NCBI RefSeq assembly: GCF_000143415.4
Contig: NW_003314286.1
Location: forward strand, 387,766 to 451,765
DNA length: 64,000 nucleotides
Direction of reading: 5' to 3'
Source: Selaginella moellendorffii
Taxonomy: Eukaryota; Plantae; Lycopodiophyta
The stretch's first letter is position 1; each line of letters starts with the position of its first letter. Both the position numbers and the translations under genes were made by a program. Below, piece by piece: positions 24,825 through 36,313 of this stretch. The notes below the pieces were generated by a model. It was given only the letters and a program-made list of their open reading frames with translations, ran no database searches and had not been told where the DNA came from.

Positions 24825-25695
24825 TTAGAGCTGACAGATGAAAAGCTAGCAGCTGGAAATAACATGAGGCCACACGCCATTCACCACTGCATCAGATGTC
24901 TTGAGGCTGCATCCTAAGATGGCGTGAGGCTACACGCCATTTGTAACCGGACTGCACTCGAGAGCCCAATCGGTGCATGCCAATGTTGCTACTGAATGGC
25001 ATGTGGCCTCATGCCATTTTCTACTTGGCCTAAAAGACTTACCATTTGAAGCCGAATGGAGGCGTGACAATCGAGGCCGGACTTGCTGGCGAATGTGCAC
25101 TGTGTGTGTAGCGGATCGTAGTAGCAAGGCTACTCTGCCACTTACAGTTGGAGAGTGGCGCTGAAATCTCCCGGGACGCCAAGTGGGCTGTGTGTGGGTG
25201 GCGGAGTGGGCGGCGGAGTTGGCGGCGAAGTTACAAACTGGGTGTGTCTTGAAGTGGACGCCGATGCACACGAACGCGATGCGAGCGCGAGTGTGATGCA
25301 AGCGCGAGTGGATGCCGATGCACACGAGAAACCTGTAGAGAAGGTAGATGAGCGCGATCGCGAGTGGGAGCGCGATGCGAGCGCGAGTACGAAGCAAAAT
25401 GCAAAACCTAACCTCATACGCGCGAAATGTCACGACGGTTGGTAATCCCGCAACGTCATCATTCCTCGGACTTGGGTGCCACCATTAATTTCTGGATCGC
25501 CGCGCGCATGCATGCACGTGAAATCCAAAAGAAATCCGCAACGTCATCATTCCTCGGACTGCATGCACGTGAAATCCAAAAGAAAGATCATGATTGGGAT
25601 ATCATTTAATACCCTCGCTATATTTATACCATGCATGATTGGATATTCCAAAGCATCTTGTATTTCCAAAAATGCCAGATGTTCAACTAAATAAA

Positions 25696-26332
25696 GAATG
25701 GTATACAATATCCTTCTTTGATGACCCTGTAAAGAAGCATCTCGATCGGACACCACATGAGACCACACGAGCCTTACAATGTTTCAGGGGCATTTGCCAT
25801 AGATCCAACCGTTATTTTGCTCCAAGATTCTACAGTTTGGTGTGCATTGACCTTTCCATCGACACTGCAAAGGGACATCACAATCAGATGTGGGATCACA
25901 AGAAACCAACTTCACTAACTCTGGTTTCACCAAGATCTACGTAAGGAGTTATGAAGTGAAAGGACCCTCTCTATTGAAATGTGTTTATGGTCCTAGGGGC
26001 ATTGTGACATATCAAAGGATTTTGCATCAAGTTCTGTATTTGCATGTTTATCAAGCTACTGAATTGCTAAACCCTAAACCCTCCCTAAATATGTGGCAAA
26101 TGCTGCGTGAAGAAAGATGCCCTTTCTGGGCAAATGCTGTAAGAGGCAGATGCCGAGCAGTTACACGGCGAATAATCTTGGCGCAGATCGCTGACATGGC
26201 ATGGCAAAGTTCGAATCACTGACATCGCACAGCTGGATCGAGGCAAGGACATGATGTGACAAAGTTCAACGTCCGACAGCAAAGTCTAGAAGCTACTTAG
26301 TTTGAAATTTGTCAGAGGAATTATAAGATCTG
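25696..26332 (+). repeat. Internal segmental duplication of the TIR element (second copy ~34071-35120)
   Basis: 25696-26156 matches 34071-34530, 26160-26332 matches ~34925-35097, and the match continues after the gypsy insertion at 33841-33860. Confidence 0.85.
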
Positions 26333-27482
26333 TGTAAGGAACCAACTCGCCGAGGTGTCGTAGGCTAAAGGAACCCTAAAAGCATGACCAAAATGACAAA
26401 GAGTTCATCGGGTGGGACCAAGTCGAAGATCGAGTCCAAGACCGACTCTAGGACCGAGTTCGAGATCGAGTCCGGAATTGAGTCCGAGACCGACTCGAGG
26501 ACCGAGTTCGAGTCCGAGTTTGAGACCGAGTTCGAGACGGAGTCCAAGATCCGAAATCGGGTCCGAGACCGAGTCCGAGGTCGAGTCCGAGGTCGGGTCC
26601 GAGATCGGGTCCGAGATCGAGTCCGAGATCGAGTTCGAAACCGAATCCGAAGTCGGATCCGAAATCGGGTCCGAGATCGAGCCAGAGACTAAGTCCAAAT
26701 ACTAATACGGGTCAAGGGTGAAAGCCCAAAGCGTGCGTCTCCCAGGGGGGGGGGGGGGGCTGCAGGGGGTTCCAAAAGTATAGTAGGGATAGTGAGGTCC
26801 AGGAACCAGTTTAGAAGGGACTCTCCAGTGGGGCTCCCAAACTGACTTGAGGTTGGGACTGGGACCGAGGGGCCTTGGGTGGGAGTGAGCATGGACTTGG
26901 TTGGTGCCGGAGGGGCCATCCAAGGAAGTGCTCAAGAGCAGCTCCCACTCCCGAAAGGGAAACCGATCGCGGTGCTCCCGGCTCATGTGGAGTGGTGCCC
27001 CACTTGAGTACCATGCGGCTCATTGGTCCTCGCCCTTCCTAGGGGCTTGGGCCTTCCTTCGGGATGGAAGTGGGGGGCGAGAGGTACCCATACCGGGCCG
27101 CTAGGCCACGGTGTTTCGCCCCGGCGTCCCGAAGCAAGCGTTGCCCTCAAGACTTGGGATTTAGAGGTCCCATGATCAAGTCTTGTGGTACCAAAGGATG
27201 TTAAGAACCTGGAAGCTTGGTGTGCTTGGCTGCTTATGCTTGCGGGGAGTGTAGCCGAACCTTAAGTCCAGTCTAACCCGGGGAGGGGGATTGGGAGTGA
27301 TTTGGGAATCCGTGGATGGATGGCTAACACTCCGTTGCTCGTGCAGTGAGTAGCTGAGACCAAGTAGGAGCTGGTACCATAGGCGAGAACCTTGGCAAGG
27401 GAACTTAGCAAAAGCCAAGGCAGTGTCGGACGGATAGACGAGGTAAGTTGGCAAATTGGAAAGGAAAAATTTGTGGCTTACA
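26333..27482 (+). repeat. 5' LTR (1150 bp) containing an array of 12-bp units (GAGTCCGAGATC-like, ~26422-26690)
   Basis: Near-identical to 32712-33835; differs by scattered substitutions and a 24-bp (two-unit) indel in the array. Confidence 0.95.
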
Positions 27483-30400
27483 ATTTGGTATCAGAGCCTT
27501 TATCTCAGTTCTAGCGAAGGATAGAGGCGGATTGCTGGGAGATGGCAAGGGCAGGGCGTAAGCGAACCCAGGTAGAGACGGAACCACCGTCGGAGCTGGA
27601 GCCTCCGGTCGAACAAGAGGCTATGGATGAGGAATCCTTGCATGAGGAGGACTCTAGTGAGGAAAGTTCCAAACAGGAGTCCGGTGGCGAGGTTCGGTCG
27701 TCCAAGGCTTGATTGGACGTGCTAGAAGGACAGTTGGCACAGACCAATGCCCTGCTGGAAACTCTCGTACGCAAGCTAAAGCGTGACGAGAGGCGGAAGA
27801 AAAAGAAAAAGACTGCGGATGCTGGCAGCGCAGAAGGTGCGGATCTTTCGGCCGGGACTGAGGCAAAACCAGACAAGGTCGAACAGACTGAAGTAGAATC
27901 AGTCCCTCAGGCAGTTCCCGAGTACAAACCAAAGCCCCCACCGGTCTTCAAGGGAGTGAACGACTATAAAGTGGTGGAGGATTGGTTTTACGATATGGAA
28001 GACTACTTCCGAGCATTGCGATTACCGAGCTCGGAGAAGGTCCCATGTGCAAAACCATACTTGGCAGATAATGCCAAGTCTTGGTGGAGAACGACAGAGG
28101 CCAACGAAGGACCAGTGGCCACTTGGGACATGATGAAGGCGAGGATCCGCGCAACATACGTTCCTCCGAATGCCACTCTACATCTGAGAGATGAGCTGAG
28201 TAGGCTGAAGCAGACTGGAACCATCCAGGAATATGTGAATGGGTTCATGGCAAAGAGGATACTTGTCACGGACATGGGGGATATGGATGCGTTCCATGCC
28301 TTCATATCAAGTTTGCAAACCTAGGCTCGCGGTGAGGTGATGCGGTGGAACCCGACCAACTACAAGGAAGCGTTGGATGCGGCCATCAAGGTGCATTTCA
28401 ACGATAACCTGCGAAAGGGGAACACGACGGGGTCGGGATCCACATTTAGCAAAGGGGCCAAACCAAGGGGAATGTATAGCAAGGGGAAATTCAAAAAGAG
28501 TTTATCTAAGAATGAGTCCTTGGGGTTCCGGAAAGGCAAATCCGGTGGCCAGCGAGCGAGTACGTGGGGGAGTCAAGCGAAAAAGGACAAACCCACAGAT
28601 AAGAAGGTCAAGTCGTATAGCAGCGTGGGAAACAACGTATGCTACAACTGCGGCGAAGCGGGACACTTCTCGAGGGAATGTCCCTACCCGAAGAAGGCCA
28701 GAGCCAATATGGCCATCAAGTCGGGTGAAGTCCAAACTGAGGTATGTGATCCAGTCCTTAACTCAAAGTTACTCATTACACGAGCAACTTTGGTAGAGAG
28801 TCGTTCGCGACATCTACTAGCCCTCCGAGGGAAGCTTAGAGGTAGCTTTGTTAAGATCCTTATTGACACGGGTGCTTCGGATAATTTTGTGGCTGCAGAC
28901 ATAGTCCGACAAGCCGGACTAACGGTGCAGCGGCTAGGCGAACCAAGGACTATAGAGTTTGTTCAGGGTAGCCAAAGCACCGATGAGGTACTTCGACAAG
29001 CGAGAGTTGAAGTGGGGACATGGAAAGTGGACATGAATTTCACCGTCTTGGACATGGCGGGATTTGACGTGATCTTCGGAATGGATTGGTTTAATCGGTT
29101 CGTGGTAGCCCTGCATGGACAAGGTAGGAACCTTGTGGTATTGGCGAATGCCCAAGGAAGAAGATCTAGGGTGGAGGCCCAGGATCTAAAGGTAGGGCAA
29201 AGCAAGGCCAAAGAGTCATGCTTAAACTTGGTGTCCACGAGAGGACAACTCACTAAAGGAACTAAGGCAGCCTTTTTGTGCTTACTCTCGGTGAAGAGTG
29301 ACAAAAAGACAAGAACGGAAGAAGTACCTTTAGTGATCCAGTAGGTGCTGGACCAATTCCAGGATACCATGCCGGAGGAGCTACCGGCGGGGTTGCCCCC
29401 CGCACGACCGATAAAACATAAGATTGAGCTGGTCGAGGGTGCTGAGGCGGTGGTTCATCCACCCTATCGATTGAACGAAAAAGAACTCAAGGAGCTCAAG
29501 AGCCAACTAGAGGAGTTGGTGGACAAAGGGTATGTTAGGTTGAGCAAGTCGCCGTATGGGGCGCCGGTGCTATTTGTGAAAAAGAAAGATGGATCTATGC
29601 GCATGTGCATAGACTACCGGTTGCTCAACAAGTATACCAAGAAGAACAAGTACCCTTTGCCAAGGATCGAGGACCTGTTCGATAGGTTGGGAAAGGCAAA
29701 ATACTTCTCGAGGATTGACCTAAGGTCAGGATACTACCAGATCAGGGTAGCTGAGGAAGATGTCGAGAAGACAACCTGTCGAACGAGGTATGGGAGCTTT
29801 GAGTTTCTGGTGATGCCCTTTGGGCTGTGCAATGCACCGGCAACATTTTCGGCGTTGATGAACCACATCTTTGTACCCTATCTGGATCACTTCGTGGTCG
29901 TCTATATCGACGATATCCTGATCTATAGCGAGACGCTAGAGGAGCATGCCGAACACTTGGCGAAGGTGTTTGAGAAACTAAGGGAACACAAACTGTATGC
30001 TAAAGAGAGCAAATGTGACTTTGCTCAACAAGAAGTAAAGTTTCTCGGGCATGTGGTGGGCCAGGACGGGCTCAAGGTGGACCCGGAGAAGGTCCAAGCG
30101 ATCCAGGAATGGGAGCGGCCTTCGAATGTACATGAGTTGAGGGCGTTCTTGGGGCTATGCAACTACTATCGAAAGTTTATCAGACACTATTCGAGAGTAG
30201 CCCTACCCTTAACGGACCAAACAGGAAAAGGGAAGATGGTATGGACAGCGGAATGCGAGGCGGCATTCGTCCACCTCAAAGGGAAGTTGAGGAAGGCTCC
30301 GGTGTTGGCATTACCAGATTTTGGTAAGGACTTTGAGGTAGACACAGATGCTTCGGACTTTGCGTTGGGTGCAGTTTTGAAGCAAGACAACCATCCAGTA

Positions 30401-31415
30401 GCGTTCTTCTCGAAGAAGTTGGACAAGGCTCAAAGGAAGTGGCCTGCCCACGAGAAGGAATTGTTTGCGGTGGTTAAGGCGCTCAAGGAGTGGCGACACT
30501 ACCTTGGGAGACACTTCAAGGTTTACACGGACAATGTGGCAACGAAACACTTCTTGTCACAGCCCGACCTGAGAGGGAAACAAGGTCGGTGGGCCAATGC
30601 CTTGGCCGAGTTTGATTGCGAGATTTTGTACAAGCCTGGGAAGAGCAACATCGTGGCAGATGTGCTAAGTCGAAAAGCGAGCTTGAGGTTGGCGATATCC
30701 AGCGCAACAGCAACCTTCTGGGACGATGTGCGGACAGCATATGAGAACGATGGTCTAGCACAAGAAGTGTTGTTGAGGAATCTGGAGGCGCGGGAAGCTC
30801 ACTAGAGAGGTGAGCTGCCAACGGAAGAGAAAACGGGCTATGCGGAACGCAACGGACTCATTTATTACAAGCAAACGAGGGTATATGTTCTAGAAGGGGG
30901 ACTAAAGAAGGTAGCCTTAGAAGAGTGTCATGACGGACCTTTTGCGAGACACGGCGGAGTGCCCAAGACGATGGGCTTACTCAAGAGGAAGTACCATTGG
31001 CCAGATATGGCTAAGGACGTCCAAGACTATGTAAAGACATGTCCAACATGTCAGCAGGTCAAAGCCGTGACTAAGGCTAGTGGGGGCTTGTTGCAAAGCA
31101 TCCCAATTCCAGATCGTCTGTGGAAATGTCTTACGATGGACTTCATCACGGGACTACCCCCAAGCGAGGGGTTCGATGCGATATTCGTGGTGGTGGATTG
31201 ATTTTCGAAGATGGCACATTTTATACCCACCACAACGGAAGTGGATGCGGAAGGTGTGGCGAAGCTGTTCTTCGAACAAGTGGTTCGAGTGCAGGGAAGG
31301 CCAGAAGAGATTATCTCAGATCGAGATAAGATCTTCACTAGTAGGTTCTGGAGGACCCTCCTGGAACAGTATTGCACCAAGTTGAAATTCAGCACAGCCT
31401 ATCACCCACAGACAG

Positions 31416-31462
31416 GTATGGGGTATTAAGTCAAGTTTGGTGGTCCTAACACTTCTTGACAG
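31416..31462 (+). other. Spliceosomal-type intron (47 nt) in the retrotransposon integrase core
   Basis: GTATGG...CTAAC...GACAG. Removal restores HPQT-DGQTERVN. Confidence 0.85.
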
Positions 31463-31880
31463 ACGGACAAACGGAAAGGGTGAATAGGCAGCTGGAGGAT
31501 TATTTGCGATGCTATGTCTCGGGAGACCAGACCGATTGGGCAAGTCATTTGGGACTTGCGGAAATGTGTTATAACAACTCACCACATTCGAGTATCGGGG
31601 TGAGTCCATGGGAAGTCATCAATGGGCGAGCTATTGAAGGTCCTGTGGAACTCGGCGTGGCCGAGTATCATGGAGAGCTACCCGCAGTGGAGGCATTCAC
31701 GGCGGAAAGACTCAACATTTGGAATCTAGTGAGGGATTCCTTGGAACGGGCTCAACAAAGGCAAACCAAGTATGCGAACCTAAAGCGCCGGGATGTAGAG
31801 TTCCAAGCTGGGGAGAAGGTGTGGCTGAACACCAAGAACCTCAGGCTACCAAGTGGGATCAGCCGAAAGTTGACCCAAAG

Positions 31881-31932
31881 GTAAAAATGCATGTATTCCT
31901 GTAAATGAATTGATCTTGAGTTCCTAAAGCAG
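31881..31932 (+). other. Spliceosomal-type intron (52 nt) in the integrase GPY/F region
   Basis: GTAAAA...AAAGCAG. Removal restores RKLTQR-FAGPYEIEARIGKVAYRLRLP. Confidence 0.85.
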
Positions 31933-32711
31933 GTTCGCGGGGCCTTATGAGATTGAGGCACGAATCGGTAAAGTGGCTTACCGACTCCGACTTCCTCGAG
32001 AGATGGGGAAGATGCACCCAGTGTTCCACGTGAACTTACTCAAGCCGTACTTTGAGGATCCGCTTCGCAAGGACCAAGTAAGACCTTTACCCGAGGTTAT
32101 CCAAGGGGAAGAGGAATACGAAGTCGAGGCCATCCTCAATGCGCGCAAGAGCAAGCGACAAGGACGCGAGGTGAGAGAGTTCCATGTGAAGTGGAAAGGA
32201 TTTCCACACTGCGAAGCAACATGGGAACCGGAGGAGAACCTAGCGAACGCGCGAGATCTAGTGGAGGAATTTCTGCAAGGCAAAACTCTATGTACTTATG
32301 CAAAGTTCAATTAAAAATATCAATTTGCAAAGTTGAGCAAGTGGCATATGTTGGGACCCGAAGGCGCGCCGAAGGTGAGCTAATTAGCATGGGTTAGCTA
32401 GGTCGACCAGGCGTAGGGAGCTACGCCCGACTCCCTGCGGGGATGTCGAATCCGTAGACGTATTCTACGGAGGTTGGGTTCGAGTCCCAACCCCCTAGTA
32501 AAGCAAGGCTAGGTTCAAGTCCCAACCCCATACTAGGGCGTGGTGAGGGGAGGAGTATAGGGACACCTATATTCCGTTGTCATGGGCTCTTGGCCAGGGA
32601 GGCTAACTTAGGCACACCGCTAAGTGGGGGGATGCCCCCGGAGACATGGTCAACAAGTCGTAGGATAAAACGAGACATTCGATGTGGGTATCGAACTTCT
32701 TGTGGTGGAGT

Positions 32712-33835
32712 TGTAAGGAACCAACTCGCCGAGGTGTCGTAGGCTAAAGGAACCCCGAAAGCATGACCAAAATGACAAAGAATTCATCGGGTGGGACCAA
32801 GTCGAAGATCGAGTCCAAGACTGACTCTAGGACCGAGTTCGAGATCGAGTCCGGAATTGAGTCCGAGACCGACTCGAGGACCGAGTTCGAGACGGAGTCC
32901 AAGATCCGAAATCGGGTCCGAGACCGAGTCCGAGGTCGAGTCCGAGGTCGGGTCCGAGATCGAGTCCGAGATCGAGTCCGAGATCGAGTCCGAAACCGAA
33001 TCCGAAGTCGGATCCGAAATCGGGTTCGAGATCGAGCCAGAGACTAAGTCCAAATACTAATACGGGTCAAGGGGTGAAAGCCCAAAGCGTGCGTCTCCCA
33101 GGGGGGGGGGGCTGCAGGGGGTTCCAAAAGTATAGTAGGGATAGTGAGGTCCAGGAACTAATTTAGAAGGGACTCTCCAGTGGGGCTCCCAAACTGACTT
33201 GAGGTTGGGACTGGGACCGAGGGGCCTTGGGTGGGAGTGAGCATGGACTTGGTTGGTGCTGGAGGGGCCATCCAAGGAAGTGCTCAAGAGCAGCTCCCAC
33301 TCCCGAAAGGGAAACCAATCGCGGTGCTCCCGGCTCATGTGGAGTGGTGCCCCACTTGAGTACCATGCGGCTCATTGGTCCTCGCCCTTCCTAGGGGCTT
33401 GGGCCTTCCTTCGGGATGGAAGTGGGGGGTGAGAGGTACCCATACCGGGCCGCTAGGCCACGGTGTTTCGCCCTGGCATCCCGAAGCAAGTGTTGCCCTC
33501 AAGACTTGGGATTTAGAGGGTCCCATGATCAAGTCTTGTGGTACCAAAGGATGTTAAGAACCTGGAAGCTTGGTGTGCTTGGCTGCTTGTGCTTGCGGGG
33601 AGTGTAGCTGAACCTTAAGTCCAGTCTAACCCGGGGAGGGGGATTGGGAGTGATTTGGGAATCCGTGGATGGATGGCTAACACTCCGTTGCTCGTGCAGT
33701 GAGTAGCTGAGACCAAGTAGGAGCTGGTACCATAGGCGAGAACCTTGGCAAGGGAACTTAGCAAAAGCCAAGGCAATGTCGGACGGATAGACGAGGTAAG
33801 TTGGCAAATTGGAAAGGAAAAATTTGTGGCTTACA
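32712..33835 (+). repeat. 3' LTR (1124 bp)
   Basis: Direct repeat of 26333-27482, followed by TSD ATCTG. Confidence 0.95.
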
Positions 33836-35614
33836 ATCTGGTTTGTCAGAGGATTTGATGTGCCGTTCAAGCGTGTGGGCTCATGCAATTTTGATCCCAA
33901 AAAATGCACCAAAAAATGCTCGGCGTCATCTGGCGTTATCTCTTGAATGGCATGGGGCCGCATGCCATTTTAAGGGGCACATAGGAGTATATTCTTAGAA
34001 TATTCTGACACGCGCGAGATTTTTTTGAGTTTTCTGGAGATCCAACCGTTAGATCGCAACTAGATTTTACAGAATGGTATACAATGTCTTTCTTGATGAC
34101 CCTGCAAAGAAGCATCTCGATCGGACACCACATGAGACCACACGAGCCTTACAATGTTTCAGGGGCATTTGCCATAGATCCAACCATTATTTTGCTCCAA
34201 GATTCTACAGTTTGGTGTGCATTGACCTTTCCATCGACACTGCAAAGGGACATCACAATCAGATGCGGGATCACAAGAAACCAACTTCACTAACTCTGGT
34301 TTCACCAAGATCTACGTAAGGAGTTATGAAATGAAGGACCCTCTCTATTGAAATGTGTTTATGGTCCTAGGGGCATTGTGACATATCAAAGGATTTTGCA
34401 TCAAATTCTGTATTTGCATGTTTATCAAGTTACTGAATTGCTAAACCCTAAACCCTAAACATGTGGCAAATGCTGCGTGAAGAAAGATGCCCTTTCTGGG
34501 CAAATGCTGTAAGAGGCAGATGCCGAGCAGATGTATCTCAGGCTAGCGAAGGGGACAAACGAAAGCTAGCTATAAACATGACGGGATGCAAATAGATTAC
34601 TAGGCTGGTCCTACGAAAATCAAAAACCATAATTAAAAACATTGAAAATGCAAAAAGAAAGGTTTATAATATTTTTGAATTTTAAGCAACCAAAGGAATG
34701 TAAGTAGGGCATGTGTTTGTAAGTTTAAAAATGCCTCAACCACTTAAATTCCCAAGTAAATAAAGCTATTTCTATTTTTGGTACAGGTAAACTTTATAGC
34801 GTGTGGGCTCATGCAATTTTGAACCCAAAAATGCACCAAAAAATGCTCGACTAGCATTATTCTTTGAATGGCGTGTGGCCTTATATTGCCATAAATGGAC
34901 GTACACACACAGCATAATTATTCCTTTACACGGCGAATAATCTTGGTGCGGATCGCTGACATGGCATGGCAAAGTTCAAATCACTGACATGGCACAGCTG
35001 GATCGAGGCAAGGACATGATGTGACAAAGTTCAACGTCCGACAGCAAAGTCTAGAAGCTACTCAGTTTGAAATTTGTCAGAAGAATCATAAAATCTGGTT
35101 TGTCAGAGGATTTGATGTGACGTTTAAGTGTGTATTATTTTTGAATTCTCGAACTCATTCCTAGGTTTATCATTTTTGTGCGCCGTGTTCTTGGTTCCGC
35201 TGAGCGCAGTGAGCGCTGCTTGTGTAAGCGGCGTTGTGAGCTGTGGTTTATGCGTCTACGAGCGGTTGCGGCATTGTGAGCGCCATTGCGAGCGGCAGTT
35301 TATGCAAGTGGCAGTTTGTGCGAGCGGCGCTACGGTACCACTAATGGTATGAGGGCTCATGCCATCTTGGGGCTTGCAAGTTCATCACTAGCATATTGCT
35401 AATAGTTTCTTTACCTGCCTGTAGCTGTGTGTTTATCAAGATGGCATGAGGCCTCATGCCAATTTTGTGAATGCAAAATTTTACGTGGGTGTCAATAGCA
35501 TGTTTGAATAATGGCATGTGGCCTCATGCTATTGAGGTTGTTTGGTATGTTATGATTTAGGCCATTCTCCAATCATTTTTTGTATGGTCTTAACTTTTTT
35601 TCTGCACTTTCAGA

Positions 35615-36313
35615 ATGGCCTCCGCAAGTGCGACGCATGTTCCCTCCATGGATCTTAAGAACCGTGCTACATGGATTCAGGCAAAGGTGTTTCTAAACAA
35701 CCCCGAGGGGGAGGTGGTAGCTGAGGGCTTAGCCACAGTTGTCGATCCAAGAGATGCGGTTGCTAATCAAGAATTGGGTTGGGATGATATTGGAATTGCG
35801 ATTTTAGAGGTTGTTGACACAGAAGAAAACAGTCTGACTATTAGAAACATTGTGCGGTGGAAATTGAGGCACTTAGTGTTTGAGAATGTGAAGGATTCAC
35901 AATCAAACACCACTACAACTGATGACAGAACATCTCTTCATGGGAAAAGAAAGTACACCTTCCTAAAGCACAGCCAAAGGGATCTGAGCAACGAACGGAA
36001 AAGGCAGAAAATGGCGATGGAGGTTCGAATGGTCTCGACAGTTGCTTGTTGCAAGAGGAGGTGCTGTCAATATGCTGATTGGGATGCTATTGAAGAGGAG
36101 AGAGCAAGATACAAGACATTGTCTTGGAAGGCAGCTCGCAATTTTGTGTATGAGGCATTACGGTCATCTGTTGATGCTTTAGAACATCAGGTGGGGGGCA
36201 TGGTCTTCCAGAGGGGTTTGGTCTGCATGAAGGCATGGAGAATCATTTATGGAGTCCCTCGAACCACATTCAAGGTACTAGAGAAATTCCTTAATAATAT
36301 GAATGTTATTTAG
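35615..36313 (+). pseudogene. N-terminal fragment of a Sola-like transposase (catalytic core not seen)
   Basis: CCKRRCC..R..Y..L..VCMKAWRIIYGVPRTTF resembles Sola transposase N-termini. The ORF lies inside the TIRs, with only ~450 bp before the right TIR. Confidence 0.55.

Larger units (their letters stand above)
27542..32397 (+). pseudogene. gag-pol polyprotein (Gag with CCHC knuckle, aspartic protease, RT, RNase H, integrase, chromodomain); five nonsense codons, introns in the integrase region
   Basis: Single frame from ATG 27542 with transition-type stops at 27710, 28322, 29342, 30803 and 31199. Motifs CYNCGEAGHFSREC, LIDTGA, YIDDILI, TDASD, MDFITGLP, ISDRD and chromodomain EYEVEAIL..VKWKGF..ATWEPEENL. 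Introns 31416-31462 and 31881-31932, probably also 32280-32332. Confidence 0.9.
26333..33835 (+). mobile_element. Full-length Ty3/gypsy chromovirus LTR retrotransposon with intron-interrupted pol
   Basis: LTRs 26333-27482 and 32712-33835 (TGTAAG..CTTACA). TSD ATCTG at 26328-26332 and 33836-33840. PBS TGGTATCAGAGCC at 27486-27498. Domain order gag-PR-RT-RH-IN-chromodomain. Confidence 0.95.

Noticed and set aside
24930-25445. GC-rich ORFs on both strands within the TIR element
   Set aside because: Low-complexity internal repeats with no recognisable domain; more likely promoter or 5' UTR of the ParB-like gene.
26422-26690. Possible CRISPR-like array (also considered for the 22-bp palindromes)
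   Set aside because: No unique regularly sized spacers, no cas genes, and a eukaryotic context.
26365-26705. Arg/Asp- and Ser/Glu-rich ORFs in several frames (also 32763-33060)
   Set aside because: By-products of the stop-free 12-bp tandem array in the LTRs; no evidence of coding.
28322-29344. Programmed stop-codon read-through between gag and pol (TAG at 28322 or 29342)
   Set aside because: These are among five scattered transition-type nonsense codons, best explained as post-insertion decay.
32440-32500. tRNA gene
   Set aside because: T-arm is present but there is no convincing D-arm, 7-nt anticodon loop or full acceptor stem. Reported only as a structured element.
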